From Longimicrobiales bacterium (lineage in GTDB: Bacteria; Gemmatimonadota; Gemmatimonadetes; Longimicrobiales; Gaopeijiaceae), in assembly GCA_965202805.1 (NCBI GenBank), contig OZ241869.1, forward strand, positions 352,001 through 416,000: 64,000 bases of DNA, in the 5' to 3' direction. The position numbers and the translations under genes are program-made. Position 1 is the first letter of the stretch; each line of letters opens with the position of its first letter. The notes under the pieces were generated by a model. It was given only the letters and a program-made list of their open reading frames with translations. It was not told where the DNA came from and made no database searches. Positions 10,901-21,240 of this stretch are shown here, one piece after another.

Positions 10901-12589
10901 CAGATTCCCCTCGGGGCCGATGTAGCACTCGAGCGACATGACCACTTCCTCGCGGATCGAATCGATGGCCGGGTTGGTCACCTGCGCGAAGCGCTGCTTG
11001 AAGTAGTCGTAGAGCATGCGCGGTCGGTCCGAGAGCGCCGCCAGCTCCGCGTCGTTGCCCATGGAGCCGAGCGGATCGCGCCGGTCGCGCACCAGGCTGA
11101 GGAGCATGAACTGCAGGGTCTCGCTCGTATAGCCGAATGCCTGCATGCGGGGGAGCACGGTCGCCTCGTCGTAGCCGTGCGGGTCCCCGGCCTCGCCGAG
11201 TTCCAGGCGCTGCCGTGCCAGCCACTTCCCGTACGGCCGCCGCTTCGCCCACTCCGACTTGAGCTCGTGGTCCGGCACCAGGCGCCCGGCATCGAAGTCG
11301 ATCAGGAAAAGCCGCCCCGGGTGAAGCCGCCCCTTCTTCACCACCCGCTCCGGCGCCACCGGCAGCACGCCCACCTCGGAGGCCATGACGCAGCGGCCGT
11401 CGTCGGTCACGTAGTAGCGGCTCGGGCGCAGCCCGTTGCGGTCGAGCACGGCGCCGATGCAGTGGCCGTCGGTGAAGGGGATGAGGGCCGGGCCGTCCCA
11501 TGGCTCCATCAGGCACGACTGGAACTCGTAGAAGGCGCGCTTGTCGGCCGGCATGTCGGGCCGCTGCTGCCACGCCTCCGGGATCATGGTCATGATCGAC
11601 TCCGGCAGGCTGCGCCCGGTCATGAGCAGGAACTCGAGCACGTTGTCGAAGTTCCCCGAGTCCGAACAGTTGGGCTCGATGATCGGGAAGAGCTTCTCCA
11701 GCTCGTCCCCGAACAGCTCCGAGCGCAGTACGCCCTCGCGCGCGTTCATCCAGTTGCAGTTGCCCAGCAGCGTGTTGATCTCGCCGTTGTGGCACATGGC
11801 GCGGTTGGGCTGGGCGCGGTCCCATGAGGGGAACGTGTTGGTGGAGAAGCGCGAGTGCACCATCGCCATGTGGGACTCGTAGTCGCCGGCCCGGAGATCG
11901 TCGAAGAACTCGAAGAGCTGATGGGGCGTGAGCATCCCCTTGTAGATGACGGTGTTGGACGAGAGAGAGCAGAAGTAGGGGAGCTCCCGGCCCGAGAGGC
12001 GCGGATCGCCCCGCAGACGGTGGCTCGCGTATTTGCGGATGATGTAGAGCTGGCGCTCGAAGGCACGGTCGGCGAAGCCTTCGCCGGCCCCGACGAAGAG
12101 CTGCTCGAGGTGCGGCATGGAGCCAAGCGCGGTCGGCGTCAGCCCCGCGCGTTCCGGGCTGTGCGGGAGCCTGCGCCACCCCAGAAGACGCTGCCCCTGT
12201 CCGGCGATGATGGCCTCGGTGCGCTCCTTGCAGATGCGCCTTTCCCGGCGGTCGCGCGGGAGGAAGGCGATGCCGACCCCGTATTGGCCGGGAGGGGGAA
12301 GGGAGATGCCCAGTTGTTCCCGGGCGACGCGGTCGAGAAGCCGGTGGGGGAGCCCCGTGAGAAGCCCGGCCCCGTCGCCCGTTCCCGGTTCGCAGCCGAT
12401 CCCGCCGCGGTGCCCCATGCGGCAGTTGATGCTGTTGGCGTCGTCGAGGATGGCCCGGCTGGCGCGTCCGCTGATGTCGCACACGAAGCCGACCCCGCAG
12501 CTGTCGTGCTCGTAGCGGGGACTGTACAGGCCGCGCGCCGCCGGCGGACCGGAGCGGCGTACGGATCCTGCGTTCGTCGCCCGTCGCAC
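7997..12589 (-). CDS. gltB: glutamate synthase large subunit
   Basis: [38 protein letters not shown]-terminal GXGXG repeats. Start placed at GTG 12589 after a GGGAGG RBS; the ORF extends to 12709. Confidence 0.97.
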   Translation of the reverse strand: MRRATNAGSVRRSGPPAARGLYSPRYEHDSCGVGFVCDISGRASRAILDDANSINCRMGHRGGIGCEPGTGDGAGLLTGLPHRLLDRVAREQLGISLPPPGQYGVGIAFLPRDRRERRICKERTEAIIAGQGQRLLGWRRLPHSPERAGLTPTALGSMPHLEQLFVGAGEGFADRAFERQLYIIRKYASHRLRGDPRLSGRELPYFCSLSSNTVIYKGMLTPHQLFEFFDDLRAGDYESHMAMVHSRFSTNTFPSWDRAQPNRAMCHNGEINTLLGNCNWMNAREGVLRSELFGDELEKLFPIIEPNCSDSGNFDNVLEFLLMTGRSLPESIMTMIPEAWQQRPDMPADKRAFYEFQSCLMEPWDGPALIPFTDGHCIGAVLDRNGLRPSRYYVTDDGRCVMASEVGVLPVAPERVVKKGRLHPGRLFLIDFDAGRLVPDHELKSEWAKRRPYGKWLARQRLELGEAGDPHGYDEATVLPRMQAFGYTSETLQFMLLSLVRDRRDPLGSMGNDAELAALSDRPRMLYDYFKQRFAQVTNPAIDSIREEVVMSLECYIGPEGNLLEVTEEHAHRLRLPHPILSNGQFAALSELKHRGWRSRTLDATFRRGSGKKGLLAALSRLERDADLAVRDGIRLLVLSDRAIGPDRLAISSLLAVGCVHHHLVRTHQRTRIALIVETGEAREVHHHCLLLGYGADAINPYLAYESLWRARRARRMDDYGHIGSDDDVVAAYRKGVGKGILKVMAKMGISTLQSYKGAQIFEAVGLGVEVVNRCFTDTESRVGGIGFGVLAEEIERRHELGFAGASRNNGRALPNPGDFHWRKGGARHMWDPVSVRGLRVAARTNSPEAYWRFARHANEENTRKATLRGLLRFHPTGPPVDLDQVEPEAEIVKRFATGAMSFGSISKEAHESLALAMNRIGAKSNSGEGGEDPARNVPDADGGLRRSAIKQVASGRFGVTIEYLTAAEELQIKIVQGAKPGEGGELPGRKVDDYIASIRHSTPGVGLISPPPHHDIYSIEDIAQLIHDLKNANPQARISVKLCAEIGVGTVAAGVVKARADHLVISGDSGGTGASPLTSIKHAGLPWELGIAEVHQTLVMNNLRSRVIVQTDGQLKTGRDVAVAALLGAEEFGFSTAPLITLGCVMMRKCHLNTCPVGVATQDPELRRKFSGKPEYIINYLFMVAHELREIMARLGFRTVNEMIGRVDALQAAPRPGHWKARSVNVDALLMPALEPEDCLGVYCRHEQDHGLEGALDHTLIRLARPAIEEGRPVRHDMAISNGNRVVGGMLSNHIIRSAGPGMLPDDSIHFRFRGSAGQSFGAWLARGVTLEVEGDANDYVGKGLSGGRIILYPPKASRFRAEENILAGNVVFYGAISGEGFFRGIAAERFCVRNSGATAVVEGIGDHGCEYMTGGRVVVLGQTGINFGAGMSGGIAYVWDPEDAFERRCNMDLVVLERLSDADEREEIRRLIERHREYTGSTVADGILGDWEARHPEFVKVVPIDYKRALTERAAADRSPALPVAARG

Positions 12590-12773
12590 GGCGGCCTCCC
12601 CGGCTTGGTACCCACAAAATGTCCCGCCATTCCTGCGCGCAGGTTCGACTGTCACGGGGAATGGGCGGGATGGATCTCGAATATTGGGGCGGGACGTGGC
12701 CGTCCGCAAGCGCTCGAACGCGTGGCACAGGCCACGTCAGGGCCCGAGGTTGGGTCGGGGTGGAGGTGGGATG

Positions 12774-13805
12774 TCAGACGTTCCTCCCGGGGTGGGTTGC
12801 GCTGTCCGCCCGGCTCAGATTGTAGCGCATGATGCGCCCGTGCGGGCCTTTCCGGTCACGCTCGACTCCGAACACTTCTCCCCGGACGGTGTTCGGCACC
12901 GCCGCTTCGAGCCGCTCCAGGTCCGACGGCGTGAGGTGGACGCGGCGGCCGTCCACCGCCAGACCCCTGCGGCTCAACCCGACGATCGCGGCCCCGACGG
13001 CGGGTTGGCTGAGCGCGTAGGCCACCGCCGCGTCCGCCATGGTGGCCCCGTGCCGCGCGGCCAGCTGCGCGAGCACTCGGCGCGCCCGCCCGAGCGCCGC
13101 CCGTCCACCCGCCTCCTCGACGATCAGGCGGTACTTGGTCAGCGACCGGGATTCCAGCGGCACACCGCCGGCATCGGACAGGAGCCCGCCCGCCAGGGCG
13201 CCGTAGGCGAGCACGGTGACCCCCCGTTCCCGGCAGAGCTCCGTCAGGCCCTTCAGGGGACGGCGGTCGAGCAGGGAGAGCTGAACCTGGCTGGACACCA
13301 CCGGGATCCCCGCATCCAGGAGGGTGCGGAGCGAAGCCCGGTCGAAGTTGGTGACGCCGAGATGGCGGATGATACCCTCCTGCCGAAGCTCCGCGAGCCA
13401 CTCGGCCGCACGCACCCACTTAGGTTGCGAGAGGTCCCACCACGCGAACTGCACCAGCTCCAGTGCGTCCATCCCGAGGCGTTCGCATGACCGCTGCACG
13501 ACGCGGCGGACGTAGTCGCGGTCGATGCCGGACAGGGCGTCGAAGTCGGGCACGAACTTCGTGTGGACGACGACGTCGGCGGCGATGTCCGGCCGTCGCG
13601 ACAGCCAGTCCCCGATGAGGCGTTCGACGCCCGTGTAGATGTCCGCGCAGTCCAGCACGAGGGGGTTTGCGGCCGCGGCCGCGGCGTCCAGGGCCGCGAA
13701 CGCGCGCTCCCTGCTCCAACCATCGCCGTGGCCGTCGGAGAGCTGCCAGCAGCCGCGGATCACGCCGGAAGAGGGTAGCCGCAGAGCTGGTCGCGCGGGG
13801 TTCAC
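12774..13805 (-). CDS. aldo/keto reductase
   Basis: GCWQLS, DCADIYTGVE, HTKFVPD, GVTNFD, QVQLSLLDRRP. Confidence 0.9.
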   Translation of the reverse strand: MNPARPALRLPSSGVIRGCWQLSDGHGDGWSRERAFAALDAAAAAANPLVLDCADIYTGVERLIGDWLSRRPDIAADVVVHTKFVPDFDALSGIDRDYVRRVVQRSCERLGMDALELVQFAWWDLSQPKWVRAAEWLAELRQEGIIRHLGVTNFDRASLRTLLDAGIPVVSSQVQLSLLDRRPLKGLTELCRERGVTVLAYGALAGGLLSDAGGVPLESRSLTKYRLIVEEAGGRAALGRARRVLAQLAARHGATMADAAVAYALSQPAVGAAIVGLSRRGLAVDGRRVHLTPSDLERLEAAVPNTVRGEVFGVERDRKGPHGRIMRYNLSRADSATHPGRNV

Positions 13806-14233
13806 CGCTGGGCGTCCGCCGAGGCGTCGCCGGTCGAGGGCGGCGGGCCGTCCGCCGATGCATCGCCGGTTGCCTGCCGCGGGTCGTCGGCGAGCTGCCG
13901 GTCCAGCGGAACGCGCGTGACTTCGCTGTGGCGGAAGGTCGATTTGCCGGTGCGGGTGATGCGGAAGCGGGCGCCGCAGCAGGGGTCGGGGCAGGCGAGC
14001 TCCGTGTCCGTGGTCATCCAGTCGTGCGGGTGGGTCTCGCGCTGTTTGGCGGGGAGGAGGGGCAGGAGGGCGGCCAGGGGGTAGATCGGAAACGTCTGGC
14101 CGGCCGGGAGGGACAGGTTCTCGCCGCTGAGCTCGAAGTAGTCACCCGCCTTGTGGTTGCACACCATGTCCCGCTCGCCGGCGACCACCTCGACCCGCAG
14201 ATCGTAGAGTTCGAAGACGTCGTCGGCACTCAT
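13802..14233 (-). CDS. TIGR04076-family protein
   Basis: FELYDLRVEV...CNHKAGDYFEL...LLPLLPAKQR...CPDP pattern; overlaps the AKR start, a common pairing. Confidence 0.75.
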   Translation of the reverse strand: MSADDVFELYDLRVEVVAGERDMVCNHKAGDYFELSGENLSLPAGQTFPIYPLAALLPLLPAKQRETHPHDWMTTDTELACPDPCCGARFRITRTGKSTFRHSEVTRVPLDRQLADDPRQATGDASADGPPPSTGDASADAQR

Positions 14234-14251
14234 ACGCGTACGTCTTCCTGG

Positions 14252-14767
14252 TTACACCTCATCGTCATCCGACTCAGGAGGAGCTTCGTCCGGAGACCGC
14301 TTCCAGCTGTGCCACCAGTCGGGAAGCCTGGAGAAGACATAGATGCCCGCCAGGAGATAGAGGGCTTGAATGCTCACGCCGGCGTTGCCGCGCCACGCGC
14401 CGACAACGATCACCAGGGTGGAGATCCCAAGCGAAAACCATTGCCCCCTTTCTCTGACCTTCTTGATGTGCGCCGAGGTCTCCTCTGCCATGGCCATGAT
14501 CCGGTCGGCGAGTCCCGGTAGGACCTCTTCGTATCCGGCCATCATCTGCGGGGGCGGCAGAGGGCCTTGGTATGTCTGGGACCGCCGCGTGACGAATGTC
14601 CGTTGCTCCGCTACTACTTCCCCTGCATCAGCATCAGGTGCGGATTGCGGTTGGTCCTCTGACGAATCAGGAACTGGGAGGGGGGATGGCTCGTCTGTTT
14701 TCGTGACCTGCCTGGACCTTTCTCGACGGCGCTTTCCTCTGGCCACGCTCGACCTCCGTGATGGCAT
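14252..14767 (-). CDS. DUF2335-family membrane protein
   Basis: YQGPLPPPQMMAGYEEVLPGLADRIMAMAEE followed by two TM segments. Confidence 0.8.
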   Translation of the reverse strand: MPSRRSSVARGKRRRERSRQVTKTDEPSPLPVPDSSEDQPQSAPDADAGEVVAEQRTFVTRRSQTYQGPLPPPQMMAGYEEVLPGLADRIMAMAEETSAHIKKVRERGQWFSLGISTLVIVVGAWRGNAGVSIQALYLLAGIYVFSRLPDWWHSWKRSPDEAPPESDDDEV

Positions 14768-14915
14768 CCTTGAGCATGTCTCCGGTAGACTGCCATGCTT
14801 CGGCGATCAGCGCTTCACTGGAGGGCGTCCGTGGCCAAATCTCCACCATCGAGCCCAAGTTCCACGCCAAGTGATGGCTAGCGCCTCTGGTCCTTCGCTT
14901 AGCCGTCGAGGCCAA
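14667..14915 (-). CDS. small hypothetical protein of the type found upstream of DUF2335 genes
   Basis: LGSMVEIWP...SEALIAEAWQSTGDMLKDAI pattern; overlaps the DUF2335 gene 5' end. Confidence 0.5.
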   Translation of the reverse strand: MASTAKRRTRGASHHLAWNLGSMVEIWPRTPSSEALIAEAWQSTGDMLKDAITEVERGQRKAPSRKVQAGHENRRAIPPPSS

Positions 14916-15141
14916 TTCTCATGCTCCTTTGCGTTCTGTGGCCGTGTGCCGCGGCTCCACCCCCATACGCAGGCCGCATGGAGTCGTTCCAAGAGCAAAG
15001 TATACGCGCGCTGCGCATTTGGCGGCAACGGGCTTGGAGGCGACGGACGTGGAGGCGTAACCAACTACGGCGGCGCACTACCTCTCCCCATGCCTTGCCA
15101 ACTCCCCACGGCCCAACCCCAACAGGAGATATGCTTCCACG

Positions 15142-15489
15142 ATGCGTGATGAGACCAAGATCAGGTTGATACTGAGCTTCTACGTCCTGAACCAGTACGC
15201 GACCTACACCAAGGAGACGATCATCTTCGAGGGCGACTTCCCCTGCGACTTGGAACTGCCGCTATGCGCCTACGAAGACCCGCGCGGAGGGTTCGAGATT
15301 ACGACGGAAGAAGTGCCCGAGCCACCCGAACTCGAGGGTGATCCGGAGCCCGTGCGTGTTTCCGCCTCGGAGACATTTCAGGTCACTGCGAGGCCTCTGT
15401 TTATCACGCCACGCCTACCTGAGAATCCGACGGCACAGGAGCGGTGGCGGTATCTCCTGGCGGTTCTGAAAGATCAGGGCCGAGTCTAG
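15142..15489 (+). CDS. hypothetical protein
   Basis: AGGAG upstream, protein-like composition; no family recognised. Confidence 0.55.
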   Translation: MRDETKIRLILSFYVLNQYATYTKETIIFEGDFPCDLELPLCAYEDPRGGFEITTEEVPEPPELEGDPEPVRVSASETFQVTARPLFITPRLPENPTAQERWRYLLAVLKDQGRV

Positions 15490-15632
15490 CAGACCAGCGC
15501 CACGGCGCGTGTGGGAGCCGGGTCGTCGGAGTCAAGTAGCTGGCCTGTCCCGGGGGCGTGATGGCGGACGGACATGCCGTCACGCCGCCGCCGGAAACTG
15601 GCCCATCCGGGGCCGATCCTCGATGATAGGGC

Positions 15633-17108
15633 GTGTCCCGTAACCTGGAAAACCCGCCCGGCACCGTGAACTCCGCACCTGATCGGCCACCATCCTCGGG
15701 CTCGGGCGCGCAGCCGGCGGCGCCCCTTCGCTTCCACCTGGGCCTCGCCGGCGCCGCCACCCCCATCCTGGTTTTCGCCGCCGGCGCGGCGTGGCTGGGC
15801 TTCTCGGGCGCCCCCGACGAGCGCGGGCTCTGGCCCATCCTCCTGGGAGCCCTCGCGGTCGGCCTGCTGCTCGCCAGGAGCGCCTCCGCCTACAGCGCGG
15901 CCGCCCTCAGGGGCATGTCCCGCCCGATCGTGATGCTGATGGTCGCCGCGTGGCTGCTGGCGGGCGTCTTCTCGGTCGTGCTGCGCGAGTCCGGGCTCGT
16001 GCACGCACTCGTGTGGGCCGGGGGCGAGCTGGGCGTGCGCGGTGGCGGCTTCGTCCTAATGGCGTTCCTCATCGCGGTCCTGTTCTCCACGGCCACGGGG
16101 ACGAGCCTCGGCACGATCCTGATCTGCGCCCCGCTCCTCTACCCCGCGGCGGGCGTCCTCGAGGCCGGCCCGGTCGCCCTCATCGGCGCCATCCTGGCCG
16201 GTGCCACCTTCGGAGACAACGTCTCGCCCGTGTCCGACACCACGATCGCGTCGGCGAGCAGCCAGGGGGCGCCCATGGGAGGCGTGGTGCGCAGCCGGCT
16301 GCGGTACGCGCTTCCGGCTGCGGCGATCGCGGCCCTCGTGCTCACTCTGCTGGGAGGCGCGGAAGCACCGGTCGCGCAGGCGTCCCGGCCGGCTGCCATG
16401 CTCGAGGGCAATCCGGCCGCGCTCCCCATGCTGCTGGCTCCCCTGGCCGCCTTCGTGATGCTGTGGCGGGGCCGTGGCCTGGTGGAAAGCCTCTTCGCCG
16501 GCGTGGCCGCGGCCGTGGTTCTGGCCCTGGCGCTGGGGCTCGTTGCGCCGGCCGATCTCGTCTACATCGACCGGGAGGCCTTCCAGGCCCGCGGGCTCAT
16601 CCTCGACGGGATGGAGGGCGCCGTGGGGATCGTCGTGTTCACCATCCTGCTGATGGGCATCGTGGGGGCCGCGCAGGAGGCGGGGATCCTGGACCGCCTC
16701 GCGCGGGGTCCCCGGCGGACGGCGGAAGCCGCGCGCGCGGCGGAGCTGCGCATCTTCGGCGTGACCAGCGTGGCGGTCCTGCTGACGACGCATTCGGTCA
16801 TGGCAATCCTCGCCGTCGGCGACTTGGTCCGGGACTCGGGTCGGCGCGCCGGCATCGGGCGTTTCAGGCGCGCCAACCTTCTCGACATGACCGTGTGCAC
16901 CTACCCGTTTCTCCTCCCCTTCTTCATTCCCACCATCCTGGCGGCCTCGGCCACGGCTTCGGGCGAGCCGTTCGGGATCCCCCGGGTGTCGGCCCTCGAA
17001 GCCGGTCTGGCCAACATCTACTCGTGGGCGCTCCTCGGCGTGATGCTGGCGGCGATCTGGACGGGGCTGGGGAGGTCCGGAACCCCATCTCACAAGCCCG
17101 ATTCCTGA
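15633..17108 (+). CDS. NhaC-family (Na+/H+ antiporter / amino-acid transporter) membrane protein
   Basis: STATGTSLGT and GATFGDNVSPVSDTTIASA motifs; many TM helices. Confidence 0.88.
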   Translation: MSRNLENPPGTVNSAPDRPPSSGSGAQPAAPLRFHLGLAGAATPILVFAAGAAWLGFSGAPDERGLWPILLGALAVGLLLARSASAYSAAALRGMSRPIVMLMVAAWLLAGVFSVVLRESGLVHALVWAGGELGVRGGGFVLMAFLIAVLFSTATGTSLGTILICAPLLYPAAGVLEAGPVALIGAILAGATFGDNVSPVSDTTIASASSQGAPMGGVVRSRLRYALPAAAIAALVLTLLGGAEAPVAQASRPAAMLEGNPAALPMLLAPLAAFVMLWRGRGLVESLFAGVAAAVVLALALGLVAPADLVYIDREAFQARGLILDGMEGAVGIVVFTILLMGIVGAAQEAGILDRLARGPRRTAEAARAAELRIFGVTSVAVLLTTHSVMAILAVGDLVRDSGRRAGIGRFRRANLLDMTVCTYPFLLPFFIPTILAASATASGEPFGIPRVSALEAGLANIYSWALLGVMLAAIWTGLGRSGTPSHKPDS

Positions 17109-17137
17109 GCTCCACCACCCGCACGAGGCCACCCCGG

Positions 17138-18580
17138 ATGTCGCCGCACACCTCTCGGATCAGGCTCTTGTCGCCGCTGCCGAGGACATGCTCGATCCAC
17201 TCGATCTCCCGGGCGGGTCTGGCCGCCGTACTGGCCGGAGTTTCCCTCCTCGCCGTGCCGTCGCTCCACGCCCAGTCGGGCGCAGAACAGTCCGCGACTT
17301 CCCCTGCGGGCGAGACAGACTCGGCGGCTCTTTTGACTCTCGCGGTGTGGGCGGATCAGGTGTGGCTGTCCTTGCTCGACCGCGACGGTGCCTACTACGG
17401 CCGCCTGGCAGAGGAGGGCATCTTCCAGCGGCTCAACCCCAGAATGGACCACGAGTACGAGCTGGATGTCCGCTCGACCCTTTTCGATCCCGGTGAAGAC
17501 GCACGCTGGGCCGAGGTGCGCAACGGCTTGCGGATTGCCGGGGCCTCGCTCAGCCATCCGCACATCCTCAACGTCGTGGACTGGCGCCAGGAGATCCACG
17601 TCTCCGGCCCCGTGGACCTGATGGCACGCTACCGCCGCGAGCGATCGTTCACGGCACGGCGCGACTACCCGTGGGTCGGCGTGCGCTGGCGCGACGCGCT
17701 CGGGACGCCGTGGACCGTGCAAGTGGGGCTCGGCGTCCACTTCTTCAAGCCGTCCGCAGACGTGGAGGTCGCGCTGGCACGCTCCTGGAGAGACACGGAA
17801 GACCGGAGCTGGACGCTGGAGGTGCGCCTCGCAGCGCTCGACGCCTTCAGCGAAGCGATCTTCCAGGGCCTGGGAGTGAAGGCGGACGAGGTGGACGCCC
17901 ACTACGACTACGCGGGAGCCCCCCTCGCCGCTCGCACGACCCTGAGGGCCGCGGCGTCACGCTGGCGAGCGGAGCTGCACGCTGGATCGAGCCGAAGAAG
18001 CGAGGTACAGGTGACCTTTCCGGCAACCGGTCGGGCTCCGTTCACCCAGCTCGAACGGGTCGCGTTCCTGGGAGCGCTCCTCCAGGTCACACCGCTCGAG
18101 CGCGTGACGTTGGCGCTGTACGGCACCTGGGCGAGGGCGGACACCGAGCGGCGGGCGCCCGCGAGCGGACTCGGCTTCACTCTGCGCGAGCAGACGGTGA
18201 CCGTGGGCGCCCGCGCACGGACCCGCCTGAACCCGTCGTGGGCGGTCGAGACGGCGCTGGCGCGGGTGCGGCGACCCGAAAGGCGCTCGACGGGAGGGCG
18301 CGCGCCCCGCGAGCACCGTGATCGCGAGGTCTTCGGCTGGGCGGCCCTCGTCCGATACCCGGAGGCGGGATGGACGGGCCGGCTGGCCTACGCCCTTCTG
18401 GACCGCGATGCGGGCTTCTTGGCGCCCTGGCTCACCGCGCAGAATCACCGACTGATCACGGAAGCGGGCTATCGGTTCCGGTCGGGCTTCGAGGTGACGG
18501 CCGGGCTCCGCTGGGACTTGGACGCCCCCCTGCCGGAGCCGTTCGGCGGCGGCCATCTGCGGCTGTCGGCCGCCTGGTGA
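17138..18580 (+). CDS. hypothetical exported protein, probable outer-membrane beta-barrel
   Basis: Signal peptide ending LHAQ, amphipathic beta strands, C-terminal LRLSAAW. ATG 17138 lies within ORF 15791-18580. Confidence 0.65.
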   Translation: MSPHTSRIRLLSPLPRTCSIHSISRAGLAAVLAGVSLLAVPSLHAQSGAEQSATSPAGETDSAALLTLAVWADQVWLSLLDRDGAYYGRLAEEGIFQRLNPRMDHEYELDVRSTLFDPGEDARWAEVRNGLRIAGASLSHPHILNVVDWRQEIHVSGPVDLMARYRRERSFTARRDYPWVGVRWRDALGTPWTVQVGLGVHFFKPSADVEVALARSWRDTEDRSWTLEVRLAALDAFSEAIFQGLGVKADEVDAHYDYAGAPLAARTTLRAAASRWRAELHAGSSRRSEVQVTFPATGRAPFTQLERVAFLGALLQVTPLERVTLALYGTWARADTERRAPASGLGFTLREQTVTVGARARTRLNPSWAVETALARVRRPERRSTGGRAPREHRDREVFGWAALVRYPEAGWTGRLAYALLDRDAGFLAPWLTAQNHRLITEAGYRFRSGFEVTAGLRWDLDAPLPEPFGGGHLRLSAAW

Positions 18581-18726
18581 CGGGCCGCCTCCTTCCGCGC
18601 CAGGGGAGCGGGAACGTCACGCCTGCCTCGGGCGCCCAGTCAGCCAGTCGGCACCTGGACGCTGGAATCCGGCCAACCAAACTCGTAAGTTCGATGCCCA
18701 CTGAAAGCTGCCGATTTACGACTCCT

Positions 18727-18809
18727 GCCGGGATGGCGGAACGGTAGACGCAGGGGACTTAAAATCCCCCGGGCTCAGGCCCGTGTGGGTTCAAATCCCA
18801 CTCCCGGCA
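18727..18809 (+). tRNA. tRNA-Leu (anticodon TAA), CCA not encoded
   Basis: GCCGGGA...TCCCGGC acceptor stem, D-loop GGCGGAACGGTAGACGC, anticodon arm GGGGA-CTTAAAA-TCCCC, long variable arm, T-arm GTGGGTTCAAATCCCAC. Confidence 0.96.
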
Positions 18810-18978
18810 TTCGGTTTCCGGTGGGGCTCATGTGGGTGCCCGATCGAGGCGCCTGATCGAGTGAACGCGCGCTCGCGTGAAAAACCGCGCGCGAGGCGTT
18901 ACTATGCCCGTCGAACATCCGACAACAACTCGGAAACGAGGAAAACGTTTCCCCGGGACACAACGGCGAGGAGGCCCC

Positions 18979-20325
18979 ATGTCGAAGCATCAGTTCAGCC
19001 GCAGAACCTTCTTGAGAGGCGCGGGAGCCACGGCGGTTCTCGGCGCGGTGGGGGCCCGGCCGGGCGGACTCGGGGGGCCGGCCGAACTGCTGGCGTCGAC
19101 TTCGCGGGCCGACTTCGACTTCGACGAGATCTACGACCGCCGCGGCACCGACTGTACCAAGTGGGACCGCGCGATCGAGATGTTCGGGGAAGGCCTCGAG
19201 GTGGGCATGGGCATCGCCGACATGGACTTCCGCGCCGCCCCCTGCATTACCGAGGCCCTCGCGAAGCGCTGCGAGCACGAGAACTGGGGATACCTGGTGC
19301 GACCCGCCTCCTACACCCAGGCCATCGCCGATTGGAACCATCGGCGCTACGGCCTCGAGGTCGACCCCTCCACCATCGAGCTCACCACGGGCGTGCACCC
19401 CGGGCTGATCGCGGCGCTCCACGCCTTCTCGCCGCCGGGGTCGCGGGTGCTCATGAACACCCCCACCTACAACGGCTTCTACAGCGACCTGCGCTTCACC
19501 CGCACGATCGCCGAGGACAGCGAGATGTACGTCGAGAACGGCCGCTACATGGTCGACTGGGACGACTTCGAGCGGCGCGCCACCCGCGTCAACAGCTTCC
19601 TCCTGTGCAATCCCCAGAACCCCACGGGCAACTGCTGGTCCGAGGAAGATCTGCTGCGCATGGGCGAGATCTGCCTCAGGAACCGGGTCATCGTGCTCGC
19701 CGACGAGATCCACTGCGACTTCGTGACCGCCGACAACAAGTACACGCCCTTCGCGAGCCTGCCCGACAAGGAGATCGTCGACAACAGCCTCACCTTCAAG
19801 GCCGCGAGCAAGACGTTCAGCCTCGCCGCCATGAAGGCCGCCTGGTACTTCTCCACCAACGCCAATCTGATGGCGCGCGCCCGCTCCTACACCCGGGCCG
19901 ACCTGAGCACGCTGGGCATGGAGGCCAACCGGGCCGCCCTCACCGACGGCGACGAGTGGCTCGACCAGCTTCTGCTCTACCTCGACGGCAACCACGACCT
20001 CGCCGAGTCCTACCTGAAGAACGTCCCGGGAGTGAACTACACCAAGGCCCAGGGCACCTATCTGGCCTGGCTGGACGTGAACGGGCTGATGGACAAGGTG
20101 GGCGCCCGGGAGAAGGCGGCAGAAGAGAACAAGACTTCAGAGTCCGTGGTCACGCCCGAGCAGATCATGCAGCGCTGGTTCGCCGAAAACGCCAGGATCT
20201 ATCTGAATCCCGGGCACTCCTACGGCACCGGCGGCAGCGGCCGCATGCGCATGAACCTGGCCACCTCGCGCGTCCTGGTGGAGAAGGCGCTCGACAACCT
20301 TGGTGAGGCGGTGGCGGCGGTTTAG
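18979..20325 (+). CDS. PatB/MalY-like PLP-dependent aminotransferase / cystathionine beta-lyase with Tat signal
   Basis: FSRRTFL Tat motif, IADMDF, LCNPQNPTG, ADEIHCD, ASKTF (PLP lysine), RMNLAT; GAGGAGG RBS. Confidence 0.9.
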   Translation: MSKHQFSRRTFLRGAGATAVLGAVGARPGGLGGPAELLASTSRADFDFDEIYDRRGTDCTKWDRAIEMFGEGLEVGMGIADMDFRAAPCITEALAKRCEHENWGYLVRPASYTQAIADWNHRRYGLEVDPSTIELTTGVHPGLIAALHAFSPPGSRVLMNTPTYNGFYSDLRFTRTIAEDSEMYVENGRYMVDWDDFERRATRVNSFLLCNPQNPTGNCWSEEDLLRMGEICLRNRVIVLADEIHCDFVTADNKYTPFASLPDKEIVDNSLTFKAASKTFSLAAMKAAWYFSTNANLMARARSYTRADLSTLGMEANRAALTDGDEWLDQLLLYLDGNHDLAESYLKNVPGVNYTKAQGTYLAWLDVNGLMDKVGAREKAAEENKTSESVVTPEQIMQRWFAENARIYLNPGHSYGTGGSGRMRMNLATSRVLVEKALDNLGEAVAAV

Positions 20326-20365
20326 AGCGGGAGCGCGGGACGGCCGGGTTTGCCGGTCGAATAAG

Positions 20366-20407
20366 AAGACGGCGGCGGGTCGCACTTATCGGACCCGCCG
20401 CCGTCTT
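20366..20407. terminator. 16-bp-stem hairpin, probable intrinsic terminator
   Basis: aagacggcggcgggtc ... gacccgccgccgtctt, 40 bp after the stop codon, with A/T-rich flanks. Confidence 0.7.
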
Positions 20408-20423
20408 GTTCGGAGTTCGCGAA

Positions 20424-20466
20424 CTGATGATTACTGTCGGATACTGTCTTTTACTGGTAATATCGA
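20424..20466 (+). repeat. left boundary repeat (three TACTG units, 10-bp period)
   Basis: ctgatga ttactgtcgg atactgtctt ttactggtaa tatcga; 37/43 identical to 43703-43745. Confidence 0.85.
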
Positions 20467-20637
20467 GGTACTGGTTGAGTGCCCCGGGATCGACGCCGTC
20501 GATCTGGACGTTTGCGAGCCCCGGGTGAGACGGAGAGGCTGCTTGAGAGTATACTGGGGAGCGGCGGCGTCCGCCGGGATGAGATGCAAGAGACCGGGAG
20601 CCATCGGAATGCGTGAGATCATCTGGAGTTCGACGGT

Positions 20638-20790
20638 TTGAGTCCCCAGCGCCCCTACTGGAGCCCCGAAGCCCTTCGGCAGCAGATCGAGCTGGGCGAA
20701 GACAGCCAGTTCGAGCTCAAGGAGGCGTTCTTCGAGAAGGGGCGCGTCACCGAGCCGCGGAAGGAGCGGGTCGCGAACGAGTTGGCGGCA
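20638..20790 (+). pseudogene. truncated AlbA_2 (Schlafen-like) DNA-binding domain gene
   Basis: LRQQIELGEDSQFELKE...VANELAA, then the similarity breaks off. Confidence 0.7.
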
Positions 20791-20921
20791 ACAGGGGTTG
20801 GTACGCAGCGTGGATCGTAGCCGTCAAGAAGGAGTACGGTATGTCGGTCGACCCCGCCGAACGCGACTCGCTGGCCGCGATGCTAGCAGCGGACTCAAGC
20901 CGCAGCGTCACCTGCCCTTGA
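20790..20921 (+). pseudogene. C-terminal relic of a DUF1524/HNH-type nuclease gene
   Basis: WYAAWIVAVKKEYGMSVDPAERDSLAAML resembles the C-terminus of DUF1524 nucleases. Confidence 0.55.
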
Positions 20922-21020
20922 AAAGCACAGGAGCAGCGGCTATCCACTGACACGGGCTGTTCCTGATCCCTCACGCACGGGCCGTTTTGCTGCCCGTAAA
21001 CCCATTTTGCGCCCTCGGGG

Positions 21021-21049
21021 TTGAAAACTCTGTCTGGAGGGCCTATCCT
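21021..21049 (+). promoter_or_regulatory. sigma70-type promoter
   Basis: TTGAAA-17 bp-TATCCT. Confidence 0.5.
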
Positions 21050-21054
21050 TGTGG

Positions 21055-21240
21055 TGCAGGAGCGCAAAACGCGACGCGGGCCAACTCCCGGTAGAGCGAG
21101 ACCCGCGCCGCGCGAGCGCAAAAACACGGAGGAGGGACCAATGAGTCGGCGGTTCCACTTGGACGACATCCAAGCGACAGGGGGGTTCAAATCCCCCGGT
21201 AGCGGCTGCGCTAGCAACGCAGCCGCTACCCCCTCCATCC
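21055..21240 (+). ncRNA. candidate structured RNA / leader with a tRNA T-arm-like hairpin
   Basis: Four hairpins including GGGGG-TTCAAAT-CCCCC and a perfect 13-bp stem; closing helix GGAGGG/CCCTCC. Confidence 0.4.

Noticed and set aside
9018..12728. Long alternative-frame ORFs (e.g. 9018-12728, 45394-48993, 60861-63539, 49453-51732)
   Set aside because: Shadow ORFs of high-GC genes: Arg/Pro/Gly-rich, no motifs, overlapping well-supported CDSs.
18727..18809. bldA-like TTA control restricted to island genes, or tRNA-Leu as the island attB
   Set aside because: TTA codons also occur in core genes (tyrA, class V aminotransferase). A core gene separates the tRNA from the island, and no duplicated tRNA 3' end was found beyond a 13-nt T-arm match.
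21131..21240. Second tRNA gene
   Set aside because: A T-arm is present but there is no D-arm, no 7-nt anticodon loop and no conventional acceptor stem; kept only as a candidate ncRNA.
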